Part shown: positions 1-8,597 of the stretch, one piece after another | Numbering within the stretch: position 1 is the first letter of the stretch | Layout: each line of letters begins with the position of its first letter | Assembly (NCBI GenBank): GCA_025928655.1 | Contig: JAICJC010000001.1 | Span: 2,898 to 66,897 of the forward strand | Length of the DNA: 64,000 nucleotides | Direction: 5' to 3' | Origin: Thermoleophilia bacterium | Lineage (GTDB): Bacteria; Actinomycetota; Thermoleophilia; Gaiellales; JAICJC01 | Notes under the pieces: generated by a model | Told to the model about the DNA's origin: nothing | Database searches by the model: none | Seen by the model: only the letters and a program-made list of their open reading frames with translations | Program-made: the position numbers and the translations under genes

Positions 1-773
1 CCTACCCGGCCCGCCGGGTCGGCTCGACGGCCCACGGCACGGCCGAGGCCGACGGCACGTTCACGATCCGGATCACCGCCGCGGACATCGGCACCGGCGC
101 GCGCACCGTCCTCACCCAGATCGCCGCCGACGCGCTCGAGCTGCCGCTCGACCGCGTGCGCGTCGTGATCGGCGACAGCGAGTCGGGCCAGGCGATGGTC
201 GCCGGCGGCTCGATGGGCACGACGTCGTGGGGAACGGCGATCGTGAAGGCGTGCGAGCGCCTGCGGGCGGGCGAGGCCGAGGTGCACGTCGACACCGGCG
301 ACGACGAGGACCCCGGGAAGGACTTCGCGCGCCACGCCTTCGGCGCCCAGTTCATCGAGGTGCGGGTCGACCCGGCGACGGGCGAGGTGCGCATCCCGCG
401 GGCGCTCGGCATGTTCGCGTGCGGCCGGATCATCAACCCGCGGACGGCCCGGTCGCAGTTCCTCGGCGGCATGACGATGGGGATCGGGATGGCGCTCTTC
501 GAGGAGACGATCGTCGACCCCGGGCTGGGCGCCTTCATGAACCACGACCTGGCCCAGTACCACGTGCCGACGAACGCCGACATCCGCGACCTCGAGGCCG
601 ACTGGATCGACGAGGAGGACTTCCGCGTCAACCCGATGGGGTCGAAGGGCATCGGCGAGATCGGGATCGTCGGCACGGCGGCGGCGGTCGCAAACGCGGT
701 CTACAACGCGACCGGCGTGCGCCACCGCGACCTCCCGATCACCCCCGCGCGGATCCTCGCAACCCGCCAATAG
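1..773 (+). CDS. xanthine dehydrogenase/aldehyde oxidase family molybdopterin-binding subunit, C-terminal part (5' end lies outside the window)
   Basis: Frame 3 is open from base 3. The translation contains DIGTGARTVLTQIAAD, GSMGTTSWG, FLGGMTMGIGMALFEE and NPMGSKGIGEIGIVG, typical of the Mo-cofactor subunit C-terminus. The stop is TAG at 771-773. Confidence 0.85.
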   Translation, partial: YPARRVGSTAHGTAEADGTFTIRITAADIGTGARTVLTQIAADALELPLDRVRVVIGDSESGQAMVAGGSMGTTSWGTAIVKACERLRAGEAEVHVDTGDDEDPGKDFARHAFGAQFIEVRVDPATGEVRIPRALGMFACGRIINPRTARSQFLGGMTMGIGMALFEETIVDPGLGAFMNHDLAQYHVPTNADIRDLEADWIDEEDFRVNPMGSKGIGEIGIVGTAAAVANAVYNATGVRHRDLPITPARILATRQ

Positions 774-795
774 GGGTCAGACCCCTTTTGGCGGG
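763..795. terminator. palindromic repeat, family A copy 1 (CCCGCCAA-ta-GGGGTCAGACCCC-tt-TTGGCGGG), between convergent genes
   Basis: The outer 8-nt arms and inner GGGG/CCCC arms are complementary. It sits between stop codons at 771-773 (+) and 797-799 (-). Confidence 0.6.
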
Positions 796-796
796 G

Positions 797-2329
797 TCAG
801 GCGGCCTGATGCTCGCGTGCGGCCAGCCAGGCCCGCAGCGCGTCGGCGGGCACCGGCCTGGTGAGGTAGTAGCCCTGCGCGGAGGTGCAGCCGAGCCGGC
901 GCAGCTCCGACCAGACGCCCTCGCTCTCGACGCCCTCCGCGACGACGGACAGGCCCAGGTTGCGGCCGAGGTCGATCGTCGAGCGGACGATCACGGCGTC
1001 GTCCTCGCACCCGTCCATGTTCATCACGAACGAGCGGTCGATCTTGATCTCGCTGATCGGCAGGCGGCGCAGGTAGGCGAGCGAGGAGTAGCCGGTGCCG
1101 AAGTCGTCGACCGAGATGCGGATGCCGAGCGCCGAGAGCCGGTCGAGGGCCGACTTGGTGCGGGGGCCGTCGCTCAGCATCGTCGTCTCGGTGATCTCGA
1201 GCTCGAGCAGCGCCGGCGGCAGGCCCGCCTCCGCCAGCAGCCGCTCCACCTGGTCGGGGAAGTCGGCGTCGAGCAGGTTACGCGCCGACAGGTTCACCGA
1301 CACGGCCAGCTCGAGCCCGCCGTCCCGCCACTCGCGGCACTGGCGCACGGCCTCCTCGAGCACGTAGCGGGTGAGCGGGCGGATGAGGCCGGTCTCCTGG
1401 GCGAGCGGGATGAAGGCGTCGGGGAAGACGAGGCCGTGCTCGGGGTGGTTCCAGCGCACGAGCGCCTCGACGGAGTCGACGGCGCCGCTCGCGAGCCGCG
1501 CCATCGGCTGGTAGTGCAGCACGAGCTCGCCCCGGCGCAGCCCGCGGCGCAGCTCGGCGATCAGCTTCAGCCGCGACGGGTCGCGGCGTTTGTCGGTCTC
1601 GTCGTAGACGGCGAACGGCAGGTCGGAGCGCTTGGCGGCGTACATCGCGACGTCGGCGTGGCGCAGGAGAGTGTCCGCGTCGGCGCCGTGGTCGGGGAAG
1701 GCGGCGACGCCCATCGAGCCCGAGATCGCGAGCGGGACGCCGCGGAACATGATCGGCGCCTCGATCGCCTCCCGGACGAGGTCGAGCACGGTCTCGAGGC
1801 CGGCATCGGCCGCCGGCGCGGCGAGCAGCAGCCCGAACTCGTCGCCGCCCAGCCGCGCCACCATGTCGGACGTGCGCAGGGCGCCCTCGACGCGGCGGGC
1901 GACCTCGACCAGCAGCGCGTCGCCGGCGTCATGGCCCATGAGGTCGATGATCTCCTTGAACCGGTCGAGATCCATGATCACGACCGCGAATGCGCGCTCG
2001 GGGCCGGCGGCGGCCATCCGCGTGATCCGCTGCCGGAAGCGGGCGCGGTTGGGCAGGCCGGTGAGCGCATCATGGGCATGGCTGACCGCCGCGGAGAGCA
2101 GGACGCGGAGCAGCTCCTGGGCATGGCCGTGCGCCTCGGTCAGCGGGGCCCCGCAGGCGGCGGTGAGCGCCCGCGAGCGCGCGTGCACGAGCTCGGTCAC
2201 GGCCTCCACGTCCGAGCCGGCGGCCGTGATCTGGCGCTGCGTCTCGACGATCAGGGACAGCAGCGAGCGATCGCTCTCGCCGTCGGTGCAGGGAGCGGCC
2301 GCGGAGGACATGTGGTCACTAGTCGGCAT
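797..2329 (-). CDS. diguanylate cyclase/phosphodiesterase (GGDEF-EAL) protein
   Basis: Contains LTGLPNR, RLGGDEFGLLL, then YQPM...VEALVRW...ELEITE...DDFGTGYSSL...KIDRSF. The 839-aa track ORF is trimmed to an ATG at 2329 (alternative ATG at 2311) because the upstream part is Arg-rich and overlaps the next gene. Confidence 0.85.
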   Translation of the reverse strand: MPTSDHMSSAAAPCTDGESDRSLLSLIVETQRQITAAGSDVEAVTELVHARSRALTAACGAPLTEAHGHAQELLRVLLSAAVSHAHDALTGLPNRARFRQRITRMAAAGPERAFAVVIMDLDRFKEIIDLMGHDAGDALLVEVARRVEGALRTSDMVARLGGDEFGLLLAAPAADAGLETVLDLVREAIEAPIMFRGVPLAISGSMGVAAFPDHGADADTLLRHADVAMYAAKRSDLPFAVYDETDKRRDPSRLKLIAELRRGLRRGELVLHYQPMARLASGAVDSVEALVRWNHPEHGLVFPDAFIPLAQETGLIRPLTRYVLEEAVRQCREWRDGGLELAVSVNLSARNLLDADFPDQVERLLAEAGLPPALLELEITETTMLSDGPRTKSALDRLSALGIRISVDDFGTGYSSLAYLRRLPISEIKIDRSFVMNMDGCEDDAVIVRSTIDLGRNLGLSVVAEGVESEGVWSELRRLGCTSAQGYYLTRPVPADALRAWLAAREHQAA

Positions 2330-2361
2330 CTGGCGCGCGAGCCTTAGAGGCAGTTTTCCGC

Positions 2362-3537
2362 CTACCGGCGTCTGAAGTCCGCGCCGTAGTGCGTGCTCGT
2401 GCCGCCGGTCGGGAACGCGCCTTCGTCCAGGTACCGCTGGTGGCATCGCTTCAGCGCCCGGGGGTCGAGGGTGACGCCGAGGCCCGGGCCGTCGGGAACG
2501 TCGACGTGGCCGCCGTGCGGGGCGAGCGGGCCCTCGCGGGTCACGTCGTCGGTCAGCCACCGCAGGAGCGTCTGGCTGGGCTCGCGAACGGGCTCGAGGG
2601 CGGCCGAGACGTGCAGCGCGGCGGCCGTCGCGATGCCCGCTTCCTGGCTGTGGAACCAGAACGCGATGCCGAACAGCTCGCACGCCCGGATGAACTCCAC
2701 CGTGCGGCGGATCCCGCCCAGCTCGACCAGATTGCACACGAACGCGTCGGGAACCCCCAGCTCGACCGCCGTTCGGAGGTCGGGGTTGTGGGTCGAGAAG
2801 GTGCACGACATGTGCGGGCGCAGCCGCCGCATCTCGGGGAGCGTGTCGACCGGATCCTCGAACGTCCGGATGTCGTACGGCTCGATCCGTCTCCAGTACT
2901 CGAGCGCCGTCCCGACCGTGAAGGCGCCGTTGGCGTCGACGCGCAGGAGCCGTTCGTCGCCGATGGCCGCGCGCACCTCGCGCAGCATCCGCACCTCCAC
3001 GGAGAGGCTCTCGACCCCGATCTTGCCCTCGAACCCGGCGGCGTCGTGCAGCTCGATCATGCGGGCGCAGTAGCGGGCGATGTCGACCGGGCCGGCCTCG
3101 CCGGGCTCGGTCGCGCCGGGGAGGCGGAAGGAGAAGTACTCGGTGAGCGGGATGCGGGTGCGGACAGCGCCCCCCAAAAGACGGTGCAGCGGCAGCCCCT
3201 CGGCTCGCCCGCGCACGTCCCAGAGCGCGATCTCGATGGCGCCGAACGCACGCCGAAGCGCGGTCAGGTTGTCCCAGGGCGCGTGGGACATGGCCGGAAC
3301 GCATCGCCGCTGGCACGCGTTCAGGTCGAGCGGATCGAGCCCCGCGAGCCGCTCGCCGAGCGTCTCGATCAGCCGGGCGGTGTCGCCGTCGGCGCCTTCG
3401 CCCAGCCCGACGAGGCCCTCATCGGTCTCCACCTCGACGATGGTCTTCGTGAGCGACGCGGTGGAGCCGTACGCGAACCGGTACGGCGCCGAGAACGGCA
3501 GGTTCACCGGCGTCGCGCGGACGCGCCGGATCTGCAT
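2362..3537 (-). CDS. mandelate racemase/muconate lactonizing enzyme family (enolase superfamily) protein
   Basis: 391 aa. The N-terminal capping domain reads VEVETDEGLVGLGEG and AIEIALWDVRGRAEGLPLHRLLGG. A barrel region with conserved acidic positions follows. Confidence 0.85.
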   Translation of the reverse strand: MQIRRVRATPVNLPFSAPYRFAYGSTASLTKTIVEVETDEGLVGLGEGADGDTARLIETLGERLAGLDPLDLNACQRRCVPAMSHAPWDNLTALRRAFGAIEIALWDVRGRAEGLPLHRLLGGAVRTRIPLTEYFSFRLPGATEPGEAGPVDIARYCARMIELHDAAGFEGKIGVESLSVEVRMLREVRAAIGDERLLRVDANGAFTVGTALEYWRRIEPYDIRTFEDPVDTLPEMRRLRPHMSCTFSTHNPDLRTAVELGVPDAFVCNLVELGGIRRTVEFIRACELFGIAFWFHSQEAGIATAAALHVSAALEPVREPSQTLLRWLTDDVTREGPLAPHGGHVDVPDGPGLGVTLDPRALKRCHQRYLDEGAFPTGGTSTHYGADFRRR

Positions 3538-3603
3538 CAGGGGCCTCCGGCGCTGTGATGGACGGGGGTCAGGGGGCGCATGTTAATGCCCCCGGGGCTC
3601 CTG

Positions 3604-3618
3604 TAGTGTGGCCCGATG
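3604..3618 (+). promoter_or_regulatory. candidate -10 box TAGTGT placed 6 nt before the ATG (leaderless-type promoter)
   Basis: TAGTGT at 3604-3609, spacer ggcccg, ATG at 3616. No Shine-Dalgarno sequence is present. Confidence 0.4.
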
Positions 3619-4719
3619 CGCGACGTCGGGATCGGGCTGGTCGGCTCGGGGTTCATCGCCCAGGCCCACGCCGAGGGTTTCGCCCACGTGCCGGCCGCGA
3701 GCGTGCGCGGGGTGGCGTCGCCGACGCCCGGGAACGCCGCCCGCTTCGCCGAGGCGCACGGCATCCCCGCCCACCACACGGATTACCGGGCGCTGATCGA
3801 GCAGCCCGACGTCGACGTCGTCTGCATCGGCGCCCCGAACGACCTGCACCGCGACATCTGCGTCGCCGCGGCCTCCGCCGGCAAGCACGTCATCTGCGAG
3901 AAGCCGCTCGCGCGCACGCTGGCCGACGCCGACGCGATGCTCGCGGCCTGCCGGGAGGCCGGCGTCCTGCTCATGTACGCCGAGGAGCTGTGCTTCGCTC
4001 CCAAGTACGTCCGCGCCAAGGAGCTCGCCGACGAGGGGGCGCTCGGCGACGTGCACCTGGTACGCCAGGGCGAGCAGCACTTCGGGCCGCACGCGGACTG
4101 GTTCTGGGATCCCGACCGGGCCGGGGGCGGCGTGCTGATGGACATGGGCTGTCACGGGATCGAGTTCGCCCGCTGGGTGTACGGCAAGCCGGCGGCGGAG
4201 TCGGCCAGCGCGGAGCTGGGGACGTTCGTGCACGGCGGCCGCACCCGGGCCGAGGATCACGCCGTCGCCACCGTCCGCTTCGCCGGCAACCGGCTGGGTG
4301 TGGTCGAGACGAGCTGGGCCAAGCCGGGCGGGATGGACGACCGGGCCGAGCTGATCGGCTCGGCCGGCGTCACCTACGTCGACATTCTGCGCGGCTCGGC
4401 GCTCATGACCTACAGCGAGCACGGCTACGGCTACGCCGTCGAGAAGGCGCCGCAGACGAGCGGCTGGACGTTCACGATGTTCGAGGAGCTCTGGAACTAC
4501 GGCTTCCCGCAGGAGATGCGCCACTTCGTCGAGTGCGTGCAGCACGGCTCGCAGCCGCTCGAGACGGGCGAGGACGGCCGGGCCGTGCTCGAGATCATCT
4601 ACGCGCTCTACCTGGCGGCGGGTGACGCCGGCCGCGTCTCGCTCCCGCTCGAGATCTCGGCCGAGGACGCCGCCCGGCCGCCCTACCTGCTCTGGAAGGA
4701 ACCGGCCCAGGTGCGGTGA
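3616..4719 (+). CDS. Gfo/Idh/MocA family oxidoreductase
   Basis: The N-terminal Rossmann motif is GIGLVGSGFIAQAHA, followed by the EKP motif (HVICEKPLA). 367 aa. Confidence 0.9.
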   Translation: MRDVGIGLVGSGFIAQAHAEGFAHVPAASVRGVASPTPGNAARFAEAHGIPAHHTDYRALIEQPDVDVVCIGAPNDLHRDICVAAASAGKHVICEKPLARTLADADAMLAACREAGVLLMYAEELCFAPKYVRAKELADEGALGDVHLVRQGEQHFGPHADWFWDPDRAGGGVLMDMGCHGIEFARWVYGKPAAESASAELGTFVHGGRTRAEDHAVATVRFAGNRLGVVETSWAKPGGMDDRAELIGSAGVTYVDILRGSALMTYSEHGYGYAVEKAPQTSGWTFTMFEELWNYGFPQEMRHFVECVQHGSQPLETGEDGRAVLEIIYALYLAAGDAGRVSLPLEISAEDAARPPYLLWKEPAQVR

Positions 4720-5165
4720 GCGCCTCGATGGACGTCGACGTCGAGACCAGCATCGAGATCGCCCGGCCCCGCGCGCAGGTGGCCGCCTTCGCCGCCGACC
4801 CCGACAACGTCCACAGGTGGTACCGCAACATCAAGCGGGTCGAGTGGCTGACCGACCGGCCGCTGCGGGTCGGCACCCGGCTCGCCTTCGCGGCCGAGTT
4901 CTTCGGCCGGCGGATGGCCTACACCTACGAGATCATCGAGCACGTTCCGGGCGAGCGGCTGGTGATGCGCACGGCCGACGGCCCGTTTCCGATGGAGACC
5001 ACGTACCTGTGGGTCGACGGCCCCGCCGGCACGACGCTGATGGCGCTGCGAAACCGCGGCCGCCCGGCCGGCCTCTCGGCGATTGCGGCCCCGATGATGG
5101 CCGCCGGCGTGCGCCGCGCGAACCGGGCCGACCTGCGCCGGCTGAAGGCGGCGCTGGAGTCGTGA
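4716..5165 (+). CDS. SRPBCC family (polyketide cyclase/dehydrase-like) protein
   Basis: 149 aa with a 4-bp overlap onto the upstream gene. The pattern IEIARPRAQVAAFAADPDNVHRWY is typical of the family. Confidence 0.75.
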   Translation: MSASMDVDVETSIEIARPRAQVAAFAADPDNVHRWYRNIKRVEWLTDRPLRVGTRLAFAAEFFGRRMAYTYEIIEHVPGERLVMRTADGPFPMETTYLWVDGPAGTTLMALRNRGRPAGLSAIAAPMMAAGVRRANRADLRRLKAALES

Positions 5166-5167
5166 GA

Positions 5168-5193
5168 GGACTGTCCCCGTCCGGGGACAGTCC
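5168..5193. terminator. palindromic repeat, family B copy 1 (GGACTGTCCCC-gtcc-GGGGACAGTCC)
   Basis: An 11-bp perfect stem with a 4-nt loop, between convergent stops at 5163-5165 (+) and 5201-5203 (-). Confidence 0.65.
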
Positions 5194-5200
5194 CCACCGC

Positions 5201-5611
5201 TCACAGCACCGACGGCAGGCTTGCCTCCCACGCGTAGTACGTCGCGAAGCCGAGCCGGTCGCGGGTCATGACGCGCGCGTAGGCGAGCACCGCGTCCACG
5301 TACAGCGTCGAGCGGTTGTAGGCGAAGAGCGCCCGCCGCTCGTCGTCCGGGGCGCCCGAGCGGTGCAGGTAGTTGGCGGCGCCGAGGATCGCGTCCTGGG
5401 CGTCGTGGACGTTTCCGCCGAGCCCGTAGGCCCGCCACGTCGAGGGCAGGAACTGCATCGGGCCCTGGGCGCCCGCGCTCGAGCGGTTGACGACGCGGCC
5501 GAAGGCCGACTCGATCAGGTTGACCGCCGCGAGCAGCTGCCAGCGGACGCCGAAGCGCGCCTGCGCGCGGCGGTAATCGGCCAGGAGGACGCCGGCCGGG
5601 GGCGGCGGCAC
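5201..5611 (-). CDS. lytic transglycosylase domain protein (the true 5' end is probably further upstream, near 5980-5990)
   Basis: Contains AGAQGPMQFLPSTWRAYG and AILGAANYL (SLT-type motif). The first canonical start is a GTG at 5611, but the frame stays open upstream and encodes a lipoprotein-like signal. Confidence 0.75.
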   Translation of the reverse strand: MPPPPAGVLLADYRRAQARFGVRWQLLAAVNLIESAFGRVVNRSSAGAQGPMQFLPSTWRAYGLGGNVHDAQDAILGAANYLHRSGAPDDERRALFAYNRSTLYVDAVLAYARVMTRDRLGFATYYAWEASLPSVL

Positions 5612-6014
5612 GAGGTGGAGGCGGTGCGGGCGCCCGGCGCGCGGCGGGCCCGCCAGGCGGCGCAGGGCGACGGCGGCCGTGACGTCCAGGCGGATGCGCC
5701 CCCGCAGCGGCCGCGGCAGCGCCGCGATCGTCTCGCGGGCGAGTCTGGGCGCGCCGGCAAGCGTGTGGACGATCGCCCGCTCCGTCGCGGCTGTGTGCAG
5801 GACGTCCCGGGGCGGGCGATCGCGCAGCCGCCAGTCCCGGATCGCGGCGTGCAGCCCGGCGTCCGCCGCCTCGAGCCGGCTCGCGAGTGAGACGCGCGCC
5901 GGCCGGTGCCCGTCGCTCGAGGGCGGCCCCGATCCGCCGCCGCACGCCGCCGCCGCGGTGCACGCCGCGACGAGCGTGATGGCGAGCCGGCGGCCTCCCG
6001 CCGCCCGAGGATAG

Positions 6015-6903
6015 TCAGCCCGGCGCGTGCGCCGCGCGCCGGATTGCTCCCAGCCGCATCTGCCCGAAGAGCACGAACGCGGCCATGGCGCCGAGCGCCA
6101 CGTTGAACACGAGGATCACCGCCTGCGCTCCGATCGAGTAGGCGAGGACCTGGGTGGACCCGGCCGCGCCCGCGAGCGCGAAGACGAGCAGGCCCTGCTG
6201 GGCGCCGACGCCGCCGGGGGTGAACGGGAGCGCCGTGGAGATCGAGTCGATCGCGACCGCGACGATCGCGAATCGGACCCTGGGGTGGATCCCGAAGGCG
6301 TCGAGCATCGCGTACGGCGGACTCCCGCCGCCGCCCGCGCGCAGAAGCCGCGCACGTGATGGGCGGCCCAGCGGGCCACGGTGAGCCCCGCGGCCGCGGC
6401 CACGCCCGTGACGAGCACGGCCAGCAGCGCGCGGCGCGCGGTGAACGAGAACTCGAACGCGCCGGCATCCGGAAGCTGCACGATGGGCGGCAGCCAGCCC
6501 ATCGCGACGACCGTCGCCGCCATCCCGCCCACCACGACCGCCCGAAGACCGTCTCCGCGACCAGCGTGGAGACGATGGTCGTCACCGACGCGCCGCCGAG
6601 CTCCCGCCGGATCGCGATGACCCTGGCGACGTCGCCGCCGCGGAACGGCGCCAGGACGTTTGCACCGATGCCGATGAAGGATGCGAGCACCGAGGAGCGC
6701 ATCCGCACCCGCCGGTCGGGGAAGGTGGCGGCCAGGATGCCGCGCCAGACGCCCGCCCGCACGAGCAGGCTGGCGAGGTGGCATGCGAGCGCGATGGCGA
6801 GCGGTAGGAGATGGGTGTCGCCGAAGCGATCCCCCCACGCCGCAGCGGCCGCGCCCAGCCGGGGCAGGTCATCCTGCATCCGCCCTGCATCGTGCCCCAC
6901 CAC
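6015..6903 (-). pseudogene. UPF0104 / lysylphosphatidylglycerol-synthase-TM-like (flippase-like) membrane protein, split across three frames
   Basis: Membrane-protein-like sequence runs in the frame of ORF 5515..6903 (down to about 6541). It continues in the frame of ORF 6116..6838 (about 6541 to 6335), then in ORF 6015..6308 (…TPGGVGAQQGLLVFAL…). The first junction lies at a C-run at 6541-6543. Confidence 0.55.
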
Positions 6904-6939
6904 GATGAGAGCCTCCTCAGACTGCCGGCCGGGCGCGCG

Positions 6940-7659
6940 CTACGGGAGCTCGACCCGGCCGAGGGCGCGGGCCGCGATCCAGGCGGTCGCGGCCGCGACG
7001 GCGACCAGCACGATCCCGGCCACGAGCGTCCCCGACACCGGGGCCGCCGCCTGCGGCAGCACCTTGCCGACGAACGCCCGCCCGTACGCGGAGATCGAGA
7101 GCTTGGCGGCCGAGGCGGCGAACGTCGCGATCGAGCCCTCCCAGAGCACGATGTAGAGCACGCCGATCACGATCGGCCGCCGGGTGTAGAGCGACAGCAG
7201 CACCGACGCCGCGCAGTAGGCGAGGCTGGCGAGCACCACGCCCACCAGCGGCCATCCCACCAGGCCGGCGGTGAGGCCGTGGCGGAGGCTGAGCGCGCCG
7301 CTCAGGATCAGGCTCGGGACGAGCAGCAGGAGCGAGGCCGTCCAGGCCGCCGCCACCTTCGCGACCACCAGCCGCAGCCGCGCCTGCGGCGTCGCGACCA
7401 GGTAGAGGATGGTGCCGTCCTCGCGCTCGTCCCCGAACGCCGACACCCCGAACACGAGCGCGACGAGCGCGGCGACCGTCGGCACGAACAGCTGCTGCAC
7501 GAGGTCGGAGTAGAACGAGTGGTCGTGGTCGCCCGGCGAGCGGGCGAGCGCGTAGGCGAGCGCCATCAGCACCGGCGTCAGCGCGACGACGACGAGCACG
7601 ATCGTCCGCTTCTGCAGGAGCAGCGAGCGCAGCGTGAGGGCGTAGACGGCGTCGATCAC
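6940..7659 (-). CDS. ABC-2 type transporter permease
   Basis: Six predicted hydrophobic segments. GTG start at 7659 overlaps the upstream stop (GTGA). The N-terminal part of the 464-aa track ORF is Arg-rich and was rejected. Confidence 0.8.
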   Translation of the reverse strand: MIDAVYALTLRSLLLQKRTIVLVVVALTPVLMALAYALARSPGDHDHSFYSDLVQQLFVPTVAALVALVFGVSAFGDEREDGTILYLVATPQARLRLVVAKVAAAWTASLLLLVPSLILSGALSLRHGLTAGLVGWPLVGVVLASLAYCAASVLLSLYTRRPIVIGVLYIVLWEGSIATFAASAAKLSISAYGRAFVGKVLPQAAAPVSGTLVAGIVLVAVAAATAWIAARALGRVELP

Positions 7660-8597
7660 CGCGCCTGCCCCCGGGCGCGATCGTGCAGGTAGGCGTAGAC
7701 GCTCTCGAGGTCGTCGCCGACCGGGCGGATCCCGCGCAGGAGCGTCCCCGTGCGCTTCGCGGCCTGCGGCAGCTCGTGGCTGAGCGCGGCCGGGTCGCTC
7801 GTCTCGATCTCGATCGTCCCGTTCTGGAGCCGCACGGCGTCGACGTCGGCGAGGGCGAGCAGCTCGCGCGCCAGCGCTCGGCCGTCGCGGTCGGGCTCGA
7901 CCAGCACCCGCCGCGGGCGCTCGCTGATCAGCCGCCGGATCGCATCGGTGGCTCCCTCGGCGACCAGGTGCCCGTTCACGAGCACGAGCACCCGCGGCGC
8001 CATCCGCTCCACCTCGTGCAGCACATGCGAGGACACGATCACCGTCCGGCCCTCGCGCCCGAGCCGGGTGAGGAGCTCGATCACGTGGCTGCGCTGGGTG
8101 GGGTCGAGCCCGTTCAGCGGCTCGTCGAGGAGCAGCAGGTCGGGCCCGTGCGCGAGCGCCTGGGCGAGCTTCACCCGCTGGCGCATGCCGTGCGAGAACC
8201 CGCCCACCGGCCGGTCGGCCGCGTCCTCCAGGCCGACGGTTTCGAGCGCGGCCGCCGCGGCGCCGCGGTGGTCTTCGACGTGGTGCAGCTCGGCCGACAG
8301 CTCGACCACCCGGCGGGCGGTCAGAAACGGCCACGGCGGGCTGTGGTCGGGGACGATGCCGATCCGGCGGTAGACATCCGGCGTCCGCCGCGGGTTCGTG
8401 CCGAAGATGCGCACCGTGCCGCTGCTCGGCGTCGAGAAGCCGGCGCAGAGCTTGAGCGTCGTCGACTTGCCGGCGCCGTTGTGGCCGAGCAGGCCGATCA
8501 CGCCGCCGTCGGCGGTGAACGAGACGTCGGCCAGCGCGACGGTGTCGCCGAACCAGCGCGACACCGCCTCGAACGCGATCGCCGGCGCGTCGCTCAT
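7656..8597 (-). CDS. ABC transporter ATP-binding protein
   Basis: Walker A GHNGAGKST, signature FSHGMRQR, Walker B LLLLDEP. ATG at 8597 overlaps the upstream stop (ATGA). Confidence 0.9.
   Translation of the reverse strand: MSDAPAIAFEAVSRWFGDTVALADVSFTADGGVIGLLGHNGAGKSTTLKLCAGFSTPSSGTVRIFGTNPRRTPDVYRRIGIVPDHSPPWPFLTARRVVELSAELHHVEDHRGAAAAALETVGLEDAADRPVGGFSHGMRQRVKLAQALAHGPDLLLLDEPLNGLDPTQRSHVIELLTRLGREGRTVIVSSHVLHEVERMAPRVLVLVNGHLVAEGATDAIRRLISERPRRVLVEPDRDGRALARELLALADVDAVRLQNGTIEIETSDPAALSHELPQAAKRTGTLLRGIRPVGDDLESVYAYLHDRARGQAR

Noticed and set aside
227-2347. Long Arg/Gly/Pro-rich ORFs antisense to or out of frame with real genes. Examples: 227..2347 +, 4622..5890 +, 13819..16131 -, 27016..30207 + (1063 aa), 50427..52682 +, 55386..56756 -, 56761..59004 +.
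   Set aside because: Their composition is dominated by R, G, P and A, as expected for non-coding frames of very GC-rich DNA. Each overlaps a gene with clear family motifs on the other strand or frame.
2330-3316. N-terminal extension of the 839-aa track ORF 797..3316, and similar extensions of 6940..8334, 7656..9371, 27193..30894 and 51231..53660.
   Set aside because: The extensions are Arg-rich. They overlap the upstream, well-supported gene and disappear when a start codon that overlaps the upstream stop (ATGA/GTGA) is used.
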